Shown: positions 28,911-37,635 of the stretch, piece by piece | Layout of the letters: each line of letters starts with the position of its first letter | How positions within the stretch are numbered: the stretch's first letter is position 1 | Assembly: GCA_963675665.1 (NCBI GenBank) | Contig: OY776510.1 | Location: forward strand, 139,840 to 203,839 | DNA: 64,000 nt | Reading direction: 5' to 3' | Origin: Spirochaetia bacterium | Lineage (GTDB): Bacteria > Spirochaetota > Spirochaetia > UBA9216 | The notes under the pieces: generated by a model | Database searches by the model: none | Seen by the model: the letters and a program-made list of their open reading frames with translations, nothing else | What the model was told of the DNA's origin: nothing | Program-made: the position numbers and the translations under genes

Positions 28911-30437
28911 TCAGGCTCCGCAGGCAGCTAATTCTTCGCTTACCATTGGCGTAAGCAGATCTGTCTTACACAGGAACCTCTCACTGTTATCAAATTCATG
29001 AACAACTTTACCTTTTTTCAGGACAAGTATCCTGTCTGAGAGGCTTAAAATTTCTTCAAGTTCATCTGATATGAATATTATGGATGTTCCTTCTTTTGCC
29101 AGGGAATCGATAAGACTATATATCTCTTCCTTGGCACCGACATCAACACCCCTGGTCGGCTGATCCAGTATTATCACTCTTGAACCGATGGAAAGCCACT
29201 TTCCGATTACTACTTTCTGCTGGTTTCCGCCGCTTAAAAAACGGACTTCCTGTTCTTCCGAATGACATTTTATGCAAAGGAAATCTATCATTCTGCGGAT
29301 CGATTTCCGCATCGCCCCGTAATTTATAACACCATATTTCGTGCTTTTTTTCAGGGATGCAAGCGAGATATTATCCCTGATTGTTCTTTTCAAAACAAGC
29401 CCTTCTGTTTTCCGGTCTTCAGGTATAAATGCCAGTTTGGCCGACACCGCCTTTGCGGGGGAACTAACATTTATCTTTTTACCGTCGAGGATTATTTCTC
29501 CGGAGGCGGTCTCTTCAGCTCCAAAAATCATCCGCGCCAGTTCCGTTCTGCCGGAGCCGACAACTCCCGCTATTCCCAGAACTTCTCCCTTTCTCAGGTT
29601 AAAAGACACATCCTTTACGATTCCGTTCTTCTGGGTCAACTCCTTTACCTGAAGAACGGAATCTTCCGACAGGTTGTCCCGGATATATTTTTTCTCGGAG
29701 TCCGAACAGTGACCTATCATGCATTCAACAATCTGCTTTTTTGTAAAGTCTTCGATATTCCGGGTTGTTACATTCTTTCCGTCACGAAGCACCGTCACCC
29801 TGTCCGCCACAGTAAAGATCTCTTCAAGAAAATGTGAAATATAAATAACAGATATACCTTGATTACTAAGATCTTTTATTACTGAAAATAATTTTTCCGT
29901 TTCGCTGATTGAAAGCGACGAAGTAGGCTCATCCATTACCACAACACTTGATTGAATTGCCACAATTCGTGCAATAAGAACAAGCTGCTGCATTGCCGGA
30001 GATAACGATTCTACTTTCCGGTTAGCGTCAATTGGAAAACCGAGGGAATCCAGCAGCGCCTGAGCTTCCTTTCTCATCGAGGGTCTGTCGATTACAGGAA
30101 TGTTTTGCCCTTTTTTTTCCCTGCCTAAAAATATATTCTCGCTTACATCGAGATTTGTTACTAAATCCAGTTCCTGATGAATCATGGTTATGCCGTGGTT
30201 AAGTGCATCAATGGGATCATTAAAATTCAATATTTCATTTTTTAAAACAATTTCTCCAGTATAATTAACATAGATACCGTTCAGTATTTTCATCAAGGTT
30301 GACTTTCCAGCGCCGTTTGCTCCTACAATCGCATGGACTTCCCCTCGTTTAACATCAAGATTGACGCTGTCAAGCACCCGCACTTTATCAAATTCTTTTG
30401 TGATATTTTTCATCTGAAGAACATAACTGTCATTCAT
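28911..30437 (-). CDS. Sugar ABC transporter ATP-binding protein with two nucleotide-binding domains (RbsA/MglA-like)
   Basis: It has two Walker A motifs (GANGAGKST, GVVGSGRTE) and two LSGG signatures. I chose the MNDSYVLQMKNITKEF start because GAAGG sits 9 nt upstream. The longest ORF start at 30494 would overlap the permease gene. Confidence 0.8.
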   Translation of the reverse strand: MNDSYVLQMKNITKEFDKVRVLDSVNLDVKRGEVHAIVGANGAGKSTLMKILNGIYVNYTGEIVLKNEILNFNDPIDALNHGITMIHQELDLVTNLDVSENIFLGREKKGQNIPVIDRPSMRKEAQALLDSLGFPIDANRKVESLSPAMQQLVLIARIVAIQSSVVVMDEPTSSLSISETEKLFSVIKDLSNQGISVIYISHFLEEIFTVADRVTVLRDGKNVTTRNIEDFTKKQIVECMIGHCSDSEKKYIRDNLSEDSVLQVKELTQKNGIVKDVSFNLRKGEVLGIAGVVGSGRTELARMIFGAEETASGEIILDGKKINVSSPAKAVSAKLAFIPEDRKTEGLVLKRTIRDNISLASLKKSTKYGVINYGAMRKSIRRMIDFLCIKCHSEEQEVRFLSGGNQQKVVIGKWLSIGSRVIILDQPTRGVDVGAKEEIYSLIDSLAKEGTSIIFISDELEEILSLSDRILVLKKGKVVHEFDNSERFLCKTDLLTPMVSEELAACGA

Positions 30438-30450
30438 TCCAAACCTTCTT

Positions 30451-31440
30451 TTAATCTCTCTTTGTATTGGATAAACTGTCAATACCGACTGCACCGAGAA
30501 TTATCATTCCGGTAATTGCTGACTGCCAGAAGGGATTAACCCCGAGCAGCTGAATAAGATTGAGTATCAGCCCCAGAATTATAGTTCCTATAACGGAACC
30601 CAGGATATTTCCGCGACCTCCTTCCAGCGAAATTCCCCCGACGATACACCCGGCTATTGCAGTAAGCTCATACCCCTGACATGCGTCCGCAGTCGCCATC
30701 AATACCCTTAAATTTAATAAAACCCCTCCGAGAGACGCTAACATTCCACAGTACATAAACGCCAGAATTCTCAGTTTTTGAGTCTTCACCCCGGAAAGCC
30801 ATGATGCGTTTTCATTTCCGCCTATTGCATACAGATACTGACCGAAGGTGGTGTATCTCAGGACAAAGAACAGAACAACAGCAAGAACAATCCATATTGA
30901 CGCTGAAATTGGAAAAGGTCCTATTTTTCCGAGACCAATCACGCCGTATGCCCTTGGAACCCCCATTACAGGAAAACCGTTGGTTACAATATAAATAATA
31001 CCCCTTCCGATAGTCATTGTTCCCAGAGTCGTTACAAAATAGTTGATTTTAGCTTTGGTTATTAATAGACCGTTTACAAGACCCATAATGCAGCCTACCG
31101 ACAGGCCGCCTGCAACACCAATAACAAATCCGAACTCACGGAAAAGGTGTGTTGAAACTATTGCCGTCAGCGCTGCCGTTGAGCTGACTGATAAATCAAT
31201 CGCTCCAGTTATAAGAACAAAAGACATTCCCAGAGCAATGGTTCCATATACTGCATTATGGTTAAAAATATTAAAAATGTTTTCAATAGAACGAAATGTA
31301 GGTGAAATTATTCCGCTTACAATAAACATACCTATTAAAACGAAGAACATGGTATTTTCTCTTTTCTTCAACACCCTGCCGAGTCCAAGAGCGTTTTGCT
31401 TTATAAAACTACCCTCAACTCCGTTTATGATTTCTGACAC
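30451..31440 (-). CDS. Sugar ABC transporter permease (RbsC/AraH-like)
   Basis: 329 aa with about 9-10 TM segments. It has a GTG start with AGGAG 9 nt upstream. Confidence 0.75.
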   Translation of the reverse strand: MSEIINGVEGSFIKQNALGLGRVLKKRENTMFFVLIGMFIVSGIISPTFRSIENIFNIFNHNAVYGTIALGMSFVLITGAIDLSVSSTAALTAIVSTHLFREFGFVIGVAGGLSVGCIMGLVNGLLITKAKINYFVTTLGTMTIGRGIIYIVTNGFPVMGVPRAYGVIGLGKIGPFPISASIWIVLAVVLFFVLRYTTFGQYLYAIGGNENASWLSGVKTQKLRILAFMYCGMLASLGGVLLNLRVLMATADACQGYELTAIAGCIVGGISLEGGRGNILGSVIGTIILGLILNLIQLLGVNPFWQSAITGMIILGAVGIDSLSNTKRD

Positions 31441-31497
31441 TTTAGCATCTCCTTATCTCAACCGGAAAACCGGCTTTTCCTTCATTATGCATCTAAC

Positions 31498-31530
31498 GGG
31501 AACCTCAGAACAAAGTGCTCTGAGGTTCCC
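31498..31530 (-). other. Intercistronic stem-loop between the SBP and permease genes (12-bp perfect stem)
   Basis: The 12-bp perfect stem gggaacctcaga-acaaagtgc-tctgaggttccc is not followed by a U-run. Two smaller hairpins flank it (31464..31480 and 31541..31559) within the 145-nt spacer. Confidence 0.5.
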
Positions 31531-31585
31531 TCATTAGAAGCCGGTTTTTCTGAAACCGGCCCGTTAATATACAATCTTTTGATCT

Positions 31586-32557
31586 CTACCAGGCTGCTCC
31601 ATAATTCCCGATATTATCAACAGTTACTTTCGGCAAATCAGTCCAGGTCTGTTTTTCTATGTTCCTGTCTCCGTTTAGGTAGCGAACAGCCACCTCTATA
31701 CCGAGATTACCCTGTTCCTGTGGATCCTGAAGAACCGTACCGTAGATTTCTCCTTCATGGATTGAATCAACAACTTCCTGAGGCAGATCAAAACATACAA
31801 TTTTACCAAGAAGTTCATCTCTTCCTGAAGACTTTACCGCTTCAACAGCGCCAAGGGCTTCGTAAGGCCCCTGCAATACGATTGCGTCAATTTCTCCCTT
31901 TTTATACTTTAAAAGGAAATTCTCAACTACAACTATTGTTTTAGCCTTATCCCAGTCTTCCGGCTGTTTTGCAAGGATATTGATACCCGGAGCATTTTTG
32001 GAAATATAATCCTCAAGCCCCTGTTCCCTCATTACCTGAGGCGAACTTCCGAGGGAGCCCTGACAGAGGACGATATTTCCATTACCAGCCAGCAATTCAT
32101 CAAGGATTTCCCCCTGAATAGAGCCTCCGGTACGGTCATCACATCCTACATATGTTACTATATCAGGACCTTCTCCGAGCTGACGGTTTACTGTTACTAT
32201 AGGAATACCCGCCGCGATGCATTTATCAGCTACAGGAACCAGTGCATCAAGCTGCGCTGCGACAATGATAACAAGATCTTTCTTCTGAATGATAAAAGTT
32301 TCAATCTGGCTCATCTGAACATTCGGATCTGATTTTCCGTCCTGAATATCAAGATTTGCGCCCAACCTGTCTGCAGCACCTTCCATACCCTTCATCATAC
32401 GAACAAAAAAGGGAATTTTGAAATCGGCCATAGCAACGCCGATGTTATACCCCTGACTGGATGTTCCTGTATCTTCCTGTGATCCGTTTGCAAAACTAAC
32501 CCCGCATACCAGCAGCATTGCAGTTGCCATCACGATTACCAGCATCTTTCTTTTCAT
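31586..32557 (-). CDS. Periplasmic sugar-binding lipoprotein (RbsB-like, CUT2 family)
   Basis: It has a lipobox (LLVCG) followed by a periplasmic binding protein type I fold with sequence resembling ribose-/monosaccharide-binding proteins. AAGGAGG sits 8 nt before the ATG. Confidence 0.75.
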   Translation of the reverse strand: MKRKMLVIVMATAMLLVCGVSFANGSQEDTGTSSQGYNIGVAMADFKIPFFVRMMKGMEGAADRLGANLDIQDGKSDPNVQMSQIETFIIQKKDLVIIVAAQLDALVPVADKCIAAGIPIVTVNRQLGEGPDIVTYVGCDDRTGGSIQGEILDELLAGNGNIVLCQGSLGSSPQVMREQGLEDYISKNAPGINILAKQPEDWDKAKTIVVVENFLLKYKKGEIDAIVLQGPYEALGAVEAVKSSGRDELLGKIVCFDLPQEVVDSIHEGEIYGTVLQDPQEQGNLGIEVAVRYLNGDRNIEKQTWTDLPKVTVDNIGNYGAAW

Positions 32558-32664
32558 GCTAATCCTCCTTAAAATAATTACCCTGCCCTGATTTTCCAGG
32601 ACTTAATACTTTACGATTACCACGTCATTTCCGGAAATAATTTCTCATGGTTGATGTATTATAG

Positions 32665-32720
32665 ATTACGTTTACATATAAGTAAAATAAATATATTTAA
32701 TGTTTACTATGCATTAAACT
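32665..32720. promoter_or_regulatory. Candidate LysR-type operator sites in a divergent AT-rich intergenic region
   Basis: The GTTTAC motif occurs twice, about 32 bp apart. The second copy lies within the dyad GTTTA-N8-TAAAC (32702..32719). Confidence 0.3.
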
Positions 32721-32737
32721 TATACTATAATAATTAT

Positions 32738-33622
32738 ATGAACCTGGATTGGTACAGAGTATTTTTTCAATTAGCTAAAAGCGGCAGTTTTTCAAAAGCC
32801 TCAAAGGAACTGTTTGTAACCCAGCCTGCCGTCAGTAGAACAATCGCACAACTGGAAGACTTTTTAGGGTGTGAATTATTTTACAGATCGCGTCAGGGTG
32901 TAACTTTAACAGAACAGGGAAAGGTCTTGTATGAGAACCTAGAAAATGCATTCGATTCAATCTCAGCTGCGGAAAAAGCTATTGAAGAAATACAAACCCT
33001 GAAAAAAGGGGAAATAAAATTCGGAGCAAGCGATATTTTATTTAGAAACTATCTTGTTGAGATTCTAAAACTGTTTAAATCGGAGTATCCTAATATAAAA
33101 ATAAAAATTGTCTCACATAGTACTTCAAATATTATAAACCTGCTAAAAAGAGGAGAAATCGATTTCGGCATAGTAAATTTACCGGTTGCTACTGACAAGA
33201 AACTAGCATTTAAACCCATCATAACAGTACAGGACTGCTTTATAGTGGGCGAAAAATATAAACATCTGGTTGAAAAAAGAATTCATCTTAATGAATTAGT
33301 TGATTATCCTTTTATACTATTGAATAATTCAACAAATACCAGAAAACATATAAACCAGCATTTTAAAAATAATTCCATCTCGATTATTCCTGATTTTGAA
33401 TTTGGAAATACTGATTTGCTTGTAGAATTTGCAAAAAATGATTTTGGTATTGCTTATGTCTGCAAAAATTTTGTTAAACAAAATCTTGAATCAGGCCAGG
33501 TTTATGAAATAAATCTTTATGAAGAGATACCTCCACGAGAAATCAGTGTTGCCTGGTTAAACAGCATACCTCTTTCGGTAGTGTCAAAAGCCTTTATTGA
33601 GATGCTGGATAAACCTGTATAA
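32738..33622 (+). CDS. LysR-family transcriptional regulator
   Basis: It has an N-terminal HTH (MNLDWYRVFFQLAKSGSFSKASKELFVTQPAVSRTIAQLE) followed by a LysR substrate-binding domain. I chose the internal ATG at 32738 because the longer ORF adds a non-homologous N-terminal extension. Confidence 0.75.
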   Translation: MNLDWYRVFFQLAKSGSFSKASKELFVTQPAVSRTIAQLEDFLGCELFYRSRQGVTLTEQGKVLYENLENAFDSISAAEKAIEEIQTLKKGEIKFGASDILFRNYLVEILKLFKSEYPNIKIKIVSHSTSNIINLLKRGEIDFGIVNLPVATDKKLAFKPIITVQDCFIVGEKYKHLVEKRIHLNELVDYPFILLNNSTNTRKHINQHFKNNSISIIPDFEFGNTDLLVEFAKNDFGIAYVCKNFVKQNLESGQVYEINLYEEIPPREISVAWLNSIPLSVVSKAFIEMLDKPV

Positions 33623-33668
33623 AAACCAGGTGTGAATTATTAACAGTCCAATAAATATCTGTATCTCT

Positions 33669-34283
33669 CTAGAAATTTAAATCAAATATATCCTGCGGTT
33701 GTTTAAAAATATATTCTGCATTAATATCTGTAATTGTTTTAGCACCCCAGGATGCCAAACCGAAATCTATTTCCGCATTTATGGCACAAAGGCTGTCATA
33801 CAGAGTATCTCCAATATAGATCACGGAAGACGGATCAGCTCCTGATAATTCCAAATATTTCAATAATGGAGCCGGCTGCGGTTTATGGTTTAGAGTGTCA
33901 TCCACACAAACGGTATATTTAAAATATTTTTTTAAATCAAGATTATCAAATAATTTATCCAGAGCATTTCTCGTTCTGGAGGTTACAATTCCCATAGTGA
34001 TGTCTTTATTATATAAGGCGTCAAGCATGTTTCTTATACCGTTAAATAAAACAAGCGATTTACTTTCATGTCTTAAATAAAAATCCCATTCCTCCTTGGC
34101 CTGTTTAATATTCTTAATTCCCAATAGTCTCAAAGCCTCTACGCCGGGAATACCTAATACAAAAGACAATTCTTTATTTTCTTTTTTTATTCCATATTTT
34201 TCGACAACTTTACTCAATGTTGAGATAATTACATTTTCAGAATCAATCAATGTACCGTCTACATCGAAAACAAAATTTAGATA
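33669..34283 (-). CDS. HAD-IA family hydrolase (phosphatase / beta-phosphoglucomutase-like)
   Basis: Motif I MYLNFVFDVDGTLIDSE lies at the N-terminus after trimming to the internal ATG. GDTLYD matches motif IV. Confidence 0.65.
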   Translation of the reverse strand, partial: YLNFVFDVDGTLIDSENVIISTLSKVVEKYGIKKENKELSFVLGIPGVEALRLLGIKNIKQAKEEWDFYLRHESKSLVLFNGIRNMLDALYNKDITMGIVTSRTRNALDKLFDNLDLKKYFKYTVCVDDTLNHKPQPAPLLKYLELSGADPSSVIYIGDTLYDSLCAINAEIDFGLASWGAKTITDINAEYIFKQPQDIFDLNF

Positions 34284-34383
34284 CATAAAAACATCCTTAT
34301 ACAACAATAAACAATTGCTATAAACATATACAGGGAGTATCCGGGCGATCATAAATGATATATCCAATCAGGTATGAAGCTTT

Positions 34384-35325
34384 TCATTGGCCGCTGCCGC
34401 CAACACTTACCATAAACCCAAAATCCGTGAGAATATTTGCTGTTTTTGTAATCTCTTCAAGGCTTATCCCCTGCTGGTTTTTAAAACTGTAATCCTTATC
34501 CAACCCTTCCCATTTTGTCTCTCCGGCCTGATGGAAAGGCATCAGATGTATTTCCTCAATTCCCGCAGCTTTACAAAAGTTCCCCATAGTCTCAATTTCC
34601 CGTGTCGAATTGTTTACACCGGGAATTAAGGGATATCTTACAATAATCTTTTTCCCCTTGTCCACGGCATCACGTAAATTTTGCCGGATCAGCTTGTCAT
34701 CAACTCCTGTATATTCTCTGTGCATATCTGCATTCGGGTGTTTAATATCAAAGAGTATTAAATCAGCGGGAAGGATAACACGACGAAAATTTTCAGTTGA
34801 AGCATACCCACAGGTCTCTATTGTGATATGGATATCGTCTTCTTTCAGAGAAATTATAAGCTGTTCCGCGAAAATACTTTGTAAGGTTACCTCCCCGCCG
34901 GACAGCGTAACACCGCCGCCGCTGTTCATATAGAAAACAAGATCGCGACTGACAATTTCTCTGAGCTCATCAACCGTATAAAATTTCCCTATCAGCCTCC
35001 GCGCCTCCGACGGACATACTTTTGCGCACTCACCACAGTCGGTACATTTTAAACGATCAGTTATCAGTTTTTCATCACTGATGTATATTGCGTCAGATTT
35101 ACAGACTTCGGCACACTTTCCACAACCGATACAGGCATCCTGATCATAAATTATTTCAGGCATCATTCTGAACGTTTCAGGATTATGACACCATTTACAC
35201 CTAAGAGGACACCCCTTGAAAAAAACTGTGGTCCGGAGCCCCGGACCGTCATGGACACAGTATCTCTGAATATCCGAAATTACAGCAATGGTGCCGGATT
35301 TTATTCTATCTTGCTCCCTCATCAT
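34384..35325 (-). CDS. Glycyl-radical enzyme activating enzyme (second copy)
   Basis: It has GCPLRCKWCHNPET plus CIGCGKCAEVCKSDAI and CTDCGECAKVCPSEA. It overlaps the GRE2 stop by 4 nt. Confidence 0.85.
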   Translation of the reverse strand: MMREQDRIKSGTIAVISDIQRYCVHDGPGLRTTVFFKGCPLRCKWCHNPETFRMMPEIIYDQDACIGCGKCAEVCKSDAIYISDEKLITDRLKCTDCGECAKVCPSEARRLIGKFYTVDELREIVSRDLVFYMNSGGGVTLSGGEVTLQSIFAEQLIISLKEDDIHITIETCGYASTENFRRVILPADLILFDIKHPNADMHREYTGVDDKLIRQNLRDAVDKGKKIIVRYPLIPGVNNSTREIETMGNFCKAAGIEEIHLMPFHQAGETKWEGLDKDYSFKNQQGISLEEITKTANILTDFGFMVSVGGSGQ

Positions 35326-37598
35326 ATACCATGCTTTACCCTTTTTATCATAATATCCTGATGCATCTTCGGCAGTGCGACAAAATACCCCGAATACCCC
35401 CCTATGCGCACTCTGAGCCCCTTATAAGCCTCCGGTTGTTTCTGGGCATTACGCATCATTTCCTCACTGACTCCGGTAACAGTCAAGATGTTTCCTCCCA
35501 ACTCCATAAAGGAGCGGATAATTCCTGTTAGCCTTTGTATCCCTTCATCACCAGCTGCCTCATTTGCATTAATTTGTATATCCAGCGGGCAACCGCCGAA
35601 ATACGGCAGAAGATCCGGCTTGGTGCATGATAAAATAGCTGCTGTCGGACCGTTTGTATCACAACCGACTGACGGAGAATAATTACTGGATATTGTGGTT
35701 TCTGCACTGCGTCCGTCCGGAGAAGCCCCGCAGCGACCTCCCAATTTTGCGTAATGCTCAAATGTGCCCAACGCGAGAGGAAGCATCATCTTCGGGTCTT
35801 CCGCCTGTAAATCCTTCACATAAGCAGCTAAATCACCCAATATACGTATCATCAGCTCATCCGCATAATTATCATCGTTTCCGAATTTTAAGCCCCTTGA
35901 TGCAAGTGTTTCACGAAGAACCTCATAACCTTTAAAATTTTCACTGGTAGCATTTATTATCTGCTTCATAGTGAATTTATTTTCCTCAAAAACAAATTTC
36001 CTGATTGCGGCAAGAGAATCGACGGTATTTGCCATTCCGGAGATTATAGGCGGATACATCATATACCTGGCCCCGCCGTTCGTAATATCCAGACCGTTTT
36101 CAATACAGTCGTCAATAAATATCGACAGCATCGGGTCCGGTGCGATTGTGCTGTGCACCCCGTAGATATTTCTTCTTGTTCTGATTCCATCGCTTATCGC
36201 TTTCTTCATATGGGAAAGATAAGCATCATACAGCTGCTCAAAAGCCGTAAATTCTTTCGCATCCCCGGTATCGAGCTCACATTCTCTTGTCTTCCGAACC
36301 AGGCTGCAGCCGTTATGAAGCGTATATTCCAGCTGTAGAAGGGATTCAATATCAACATGGTTGTGATCAGTACATCCGGGGATAAGCGTTTCCCAGCACC
36401 CGTCATTTGAATAATCGCGCGCATCCTCCAGCGGCACGCCCTTTTCGGTAAATCCCGGTATTATTTTTTCATCATTATAAATGGCAGGTTCGCCGCTTCC
36501 CGAACGCAGTATTCGTGCACATTCCTCATATAAACGCGGTGGAGATCCTTTAAAAAACCGGACTGACATCACTGGAGCTATCAGTTCAAGCTTATTCCAT
36601 AACCGCAAGATCATATAAGTCAGCTCGTTTGTCGCATCGTTGCCATCCCTTTTCTGACCGCCGATTATTGCATTCATAAACCAGGAATTTGCTCCGATTC
36701 CGTAGTTCCCGGTTCCGGGCGCAGTAAAATACGGAGGGACCTTTTCTGAAAGATCGATAGCCTTTCCGCCCGGGGCAAAATCCGTTACCTCTGCATGGCT
36801 TTCCCAGGAATCCGGACTTGTCTGGATGCGTTCACTGAATTTTGCAAGCCAGGAGGCTAAAAGCTCTTCCGCATATTCCTGTGATATCAAACCGCTTTCA
36901 GTGTCCTCTTTATAGAAAGGATAGAAGTACTGGTCGCAGCGCCCGACAGGAATCAAATCCATTGTGGATTGGAGGGCAATATAAACAATCCAGAAACACT
37001 GTAATGCTTCATGAAGCGTCTCCGGCGCATTTTCCGGTGTTTTTTCAAGGATCCTTGCGATTTCCAGAAGTTCATTGCGCCTGGCTGCATCGGATTCATT
37101 CAACGATTCAAACTGCGCGATTTTAGCGTAACGTTGAGCGAAACGTTTCAGGGCATCCAGAGATATAAACATCGCTTCATATTCAGATATCTTTCTTTCA
37201 TCACTTTCAAGCTTTAATTTTTCTAAAATCTTTTCACGATAACCATGCAATCCAAGCTTTAGAAGCTTCTCAAAATTTATAGGCAGATGAGCCCATACAG
37301 AGTTTACCCCGACCCCTTTTTTTGCTGCCTCCTCTTTTTCTTCAGGGGTGGCATATTCAGGGAATTCACGTCCCAGTTCGCTGCTGGCCATTCCGGCGAT
37401 GCCGACAATCAATTCGTAAGGTCTGATATATGCCGGCATGTTATTTATCATTAAATCTATTGCCATTGCCTTGCGTATAACAATCGGCAAAGATCCGGCC
37501 TTTTCGTCCGTCAATACAGTGAGCTCACTGCCCCACCATTCTTTTTTTTCTTTGAAACCGTCAAACATGCTTTTTTTTATTTTTTCTATTCTGGTCAT
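35322..37598 (-). CDS. Glycyl radical enzyme, eliminase-class, with non-canonical radical loop (second copy, 758 aa)
   Basis: It is collinear with GRE1 (Cys loop DGCWETLIPG aligned to GCIEASIPG). The C-terminus reads LRVRIGGYSGYF rather than the canonical RVSGY. Confidence 0.75.
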   Translation of the reverse strand: MTRIEKIKKSMFDGFKEKKEWWGSELTVLTDEKAGSLPIVIRKAMAIDLMINNMPAYIRPYELIVGIAGMASSELGREFPEYATPEEKEEAAKKGVGVNSVWAHLPINFEKLLKLGLHGYREKILEKLKLESDERKISEYEAMFISLDALKRFAQRYAKIAQFESLNESDAARRNELLEIARILEKTPENAPETLHEALQCFWIVYIALQSTMDLIPVGRCDQYFYPFYKEDTESGLISQEYAEELLASWLAKFSERIQTSPDSWESHAEVTDFAPGGKAIDLSEKVPPYFTAPGTGNYGIGANSWFMNAIIGGQKRDGNDATNELTYMILRLWNKLELIAPVMSVRFFKGSPPRLYEECARILRSGSGEPAIYNDEKIIPGFTEKGVPLEDARDYSNDGCWETLIPGCTDHNHVDIESLLQLEYTLHNGCSLVRKTRECELDTGDAKEFTAFEQLYDAYLSHMKKAISDGIRTRRNIYGVHSTIAPDPMLSIFIDDCIENGLDITNGGARYMMYPPIISGMANTVDSLAAIRKFVFEENKFTMKQIINATSENFKGYEVLRETLASRGLKFGNDDNYADELMIRILGDLAAYVKDLQAEDPKMMLPLALGTFEHYAKLGGRCGASPDGRSAETTISSNYSPSVGCDTNGPTAAILSCTKPDLLPYFGGCPLDIQINANEAAGDEGIQRLTGIIRSFMELGGNILTVTGVSEEMMRNAQKQPEAYKGLRVRIGGYSGYFVALPKMHQDIMIKRVKHGI

Positions 37599-37635
37599 AT
37601 TGCTCTCCTGATGTTTAGTTTCATGCCTGCTAAGA

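Noticed and set aside
30437-30494. Longer N-terminal extension of the ABC ATPase (MQSVLTVYPIQREIKRRFG...)
   Set aside because: It overlaps the 3' end of the permease gene and has no SD. The internal ATG at 30437 has GAAGG upstream and gives a canonical N-terminus before Walker A.
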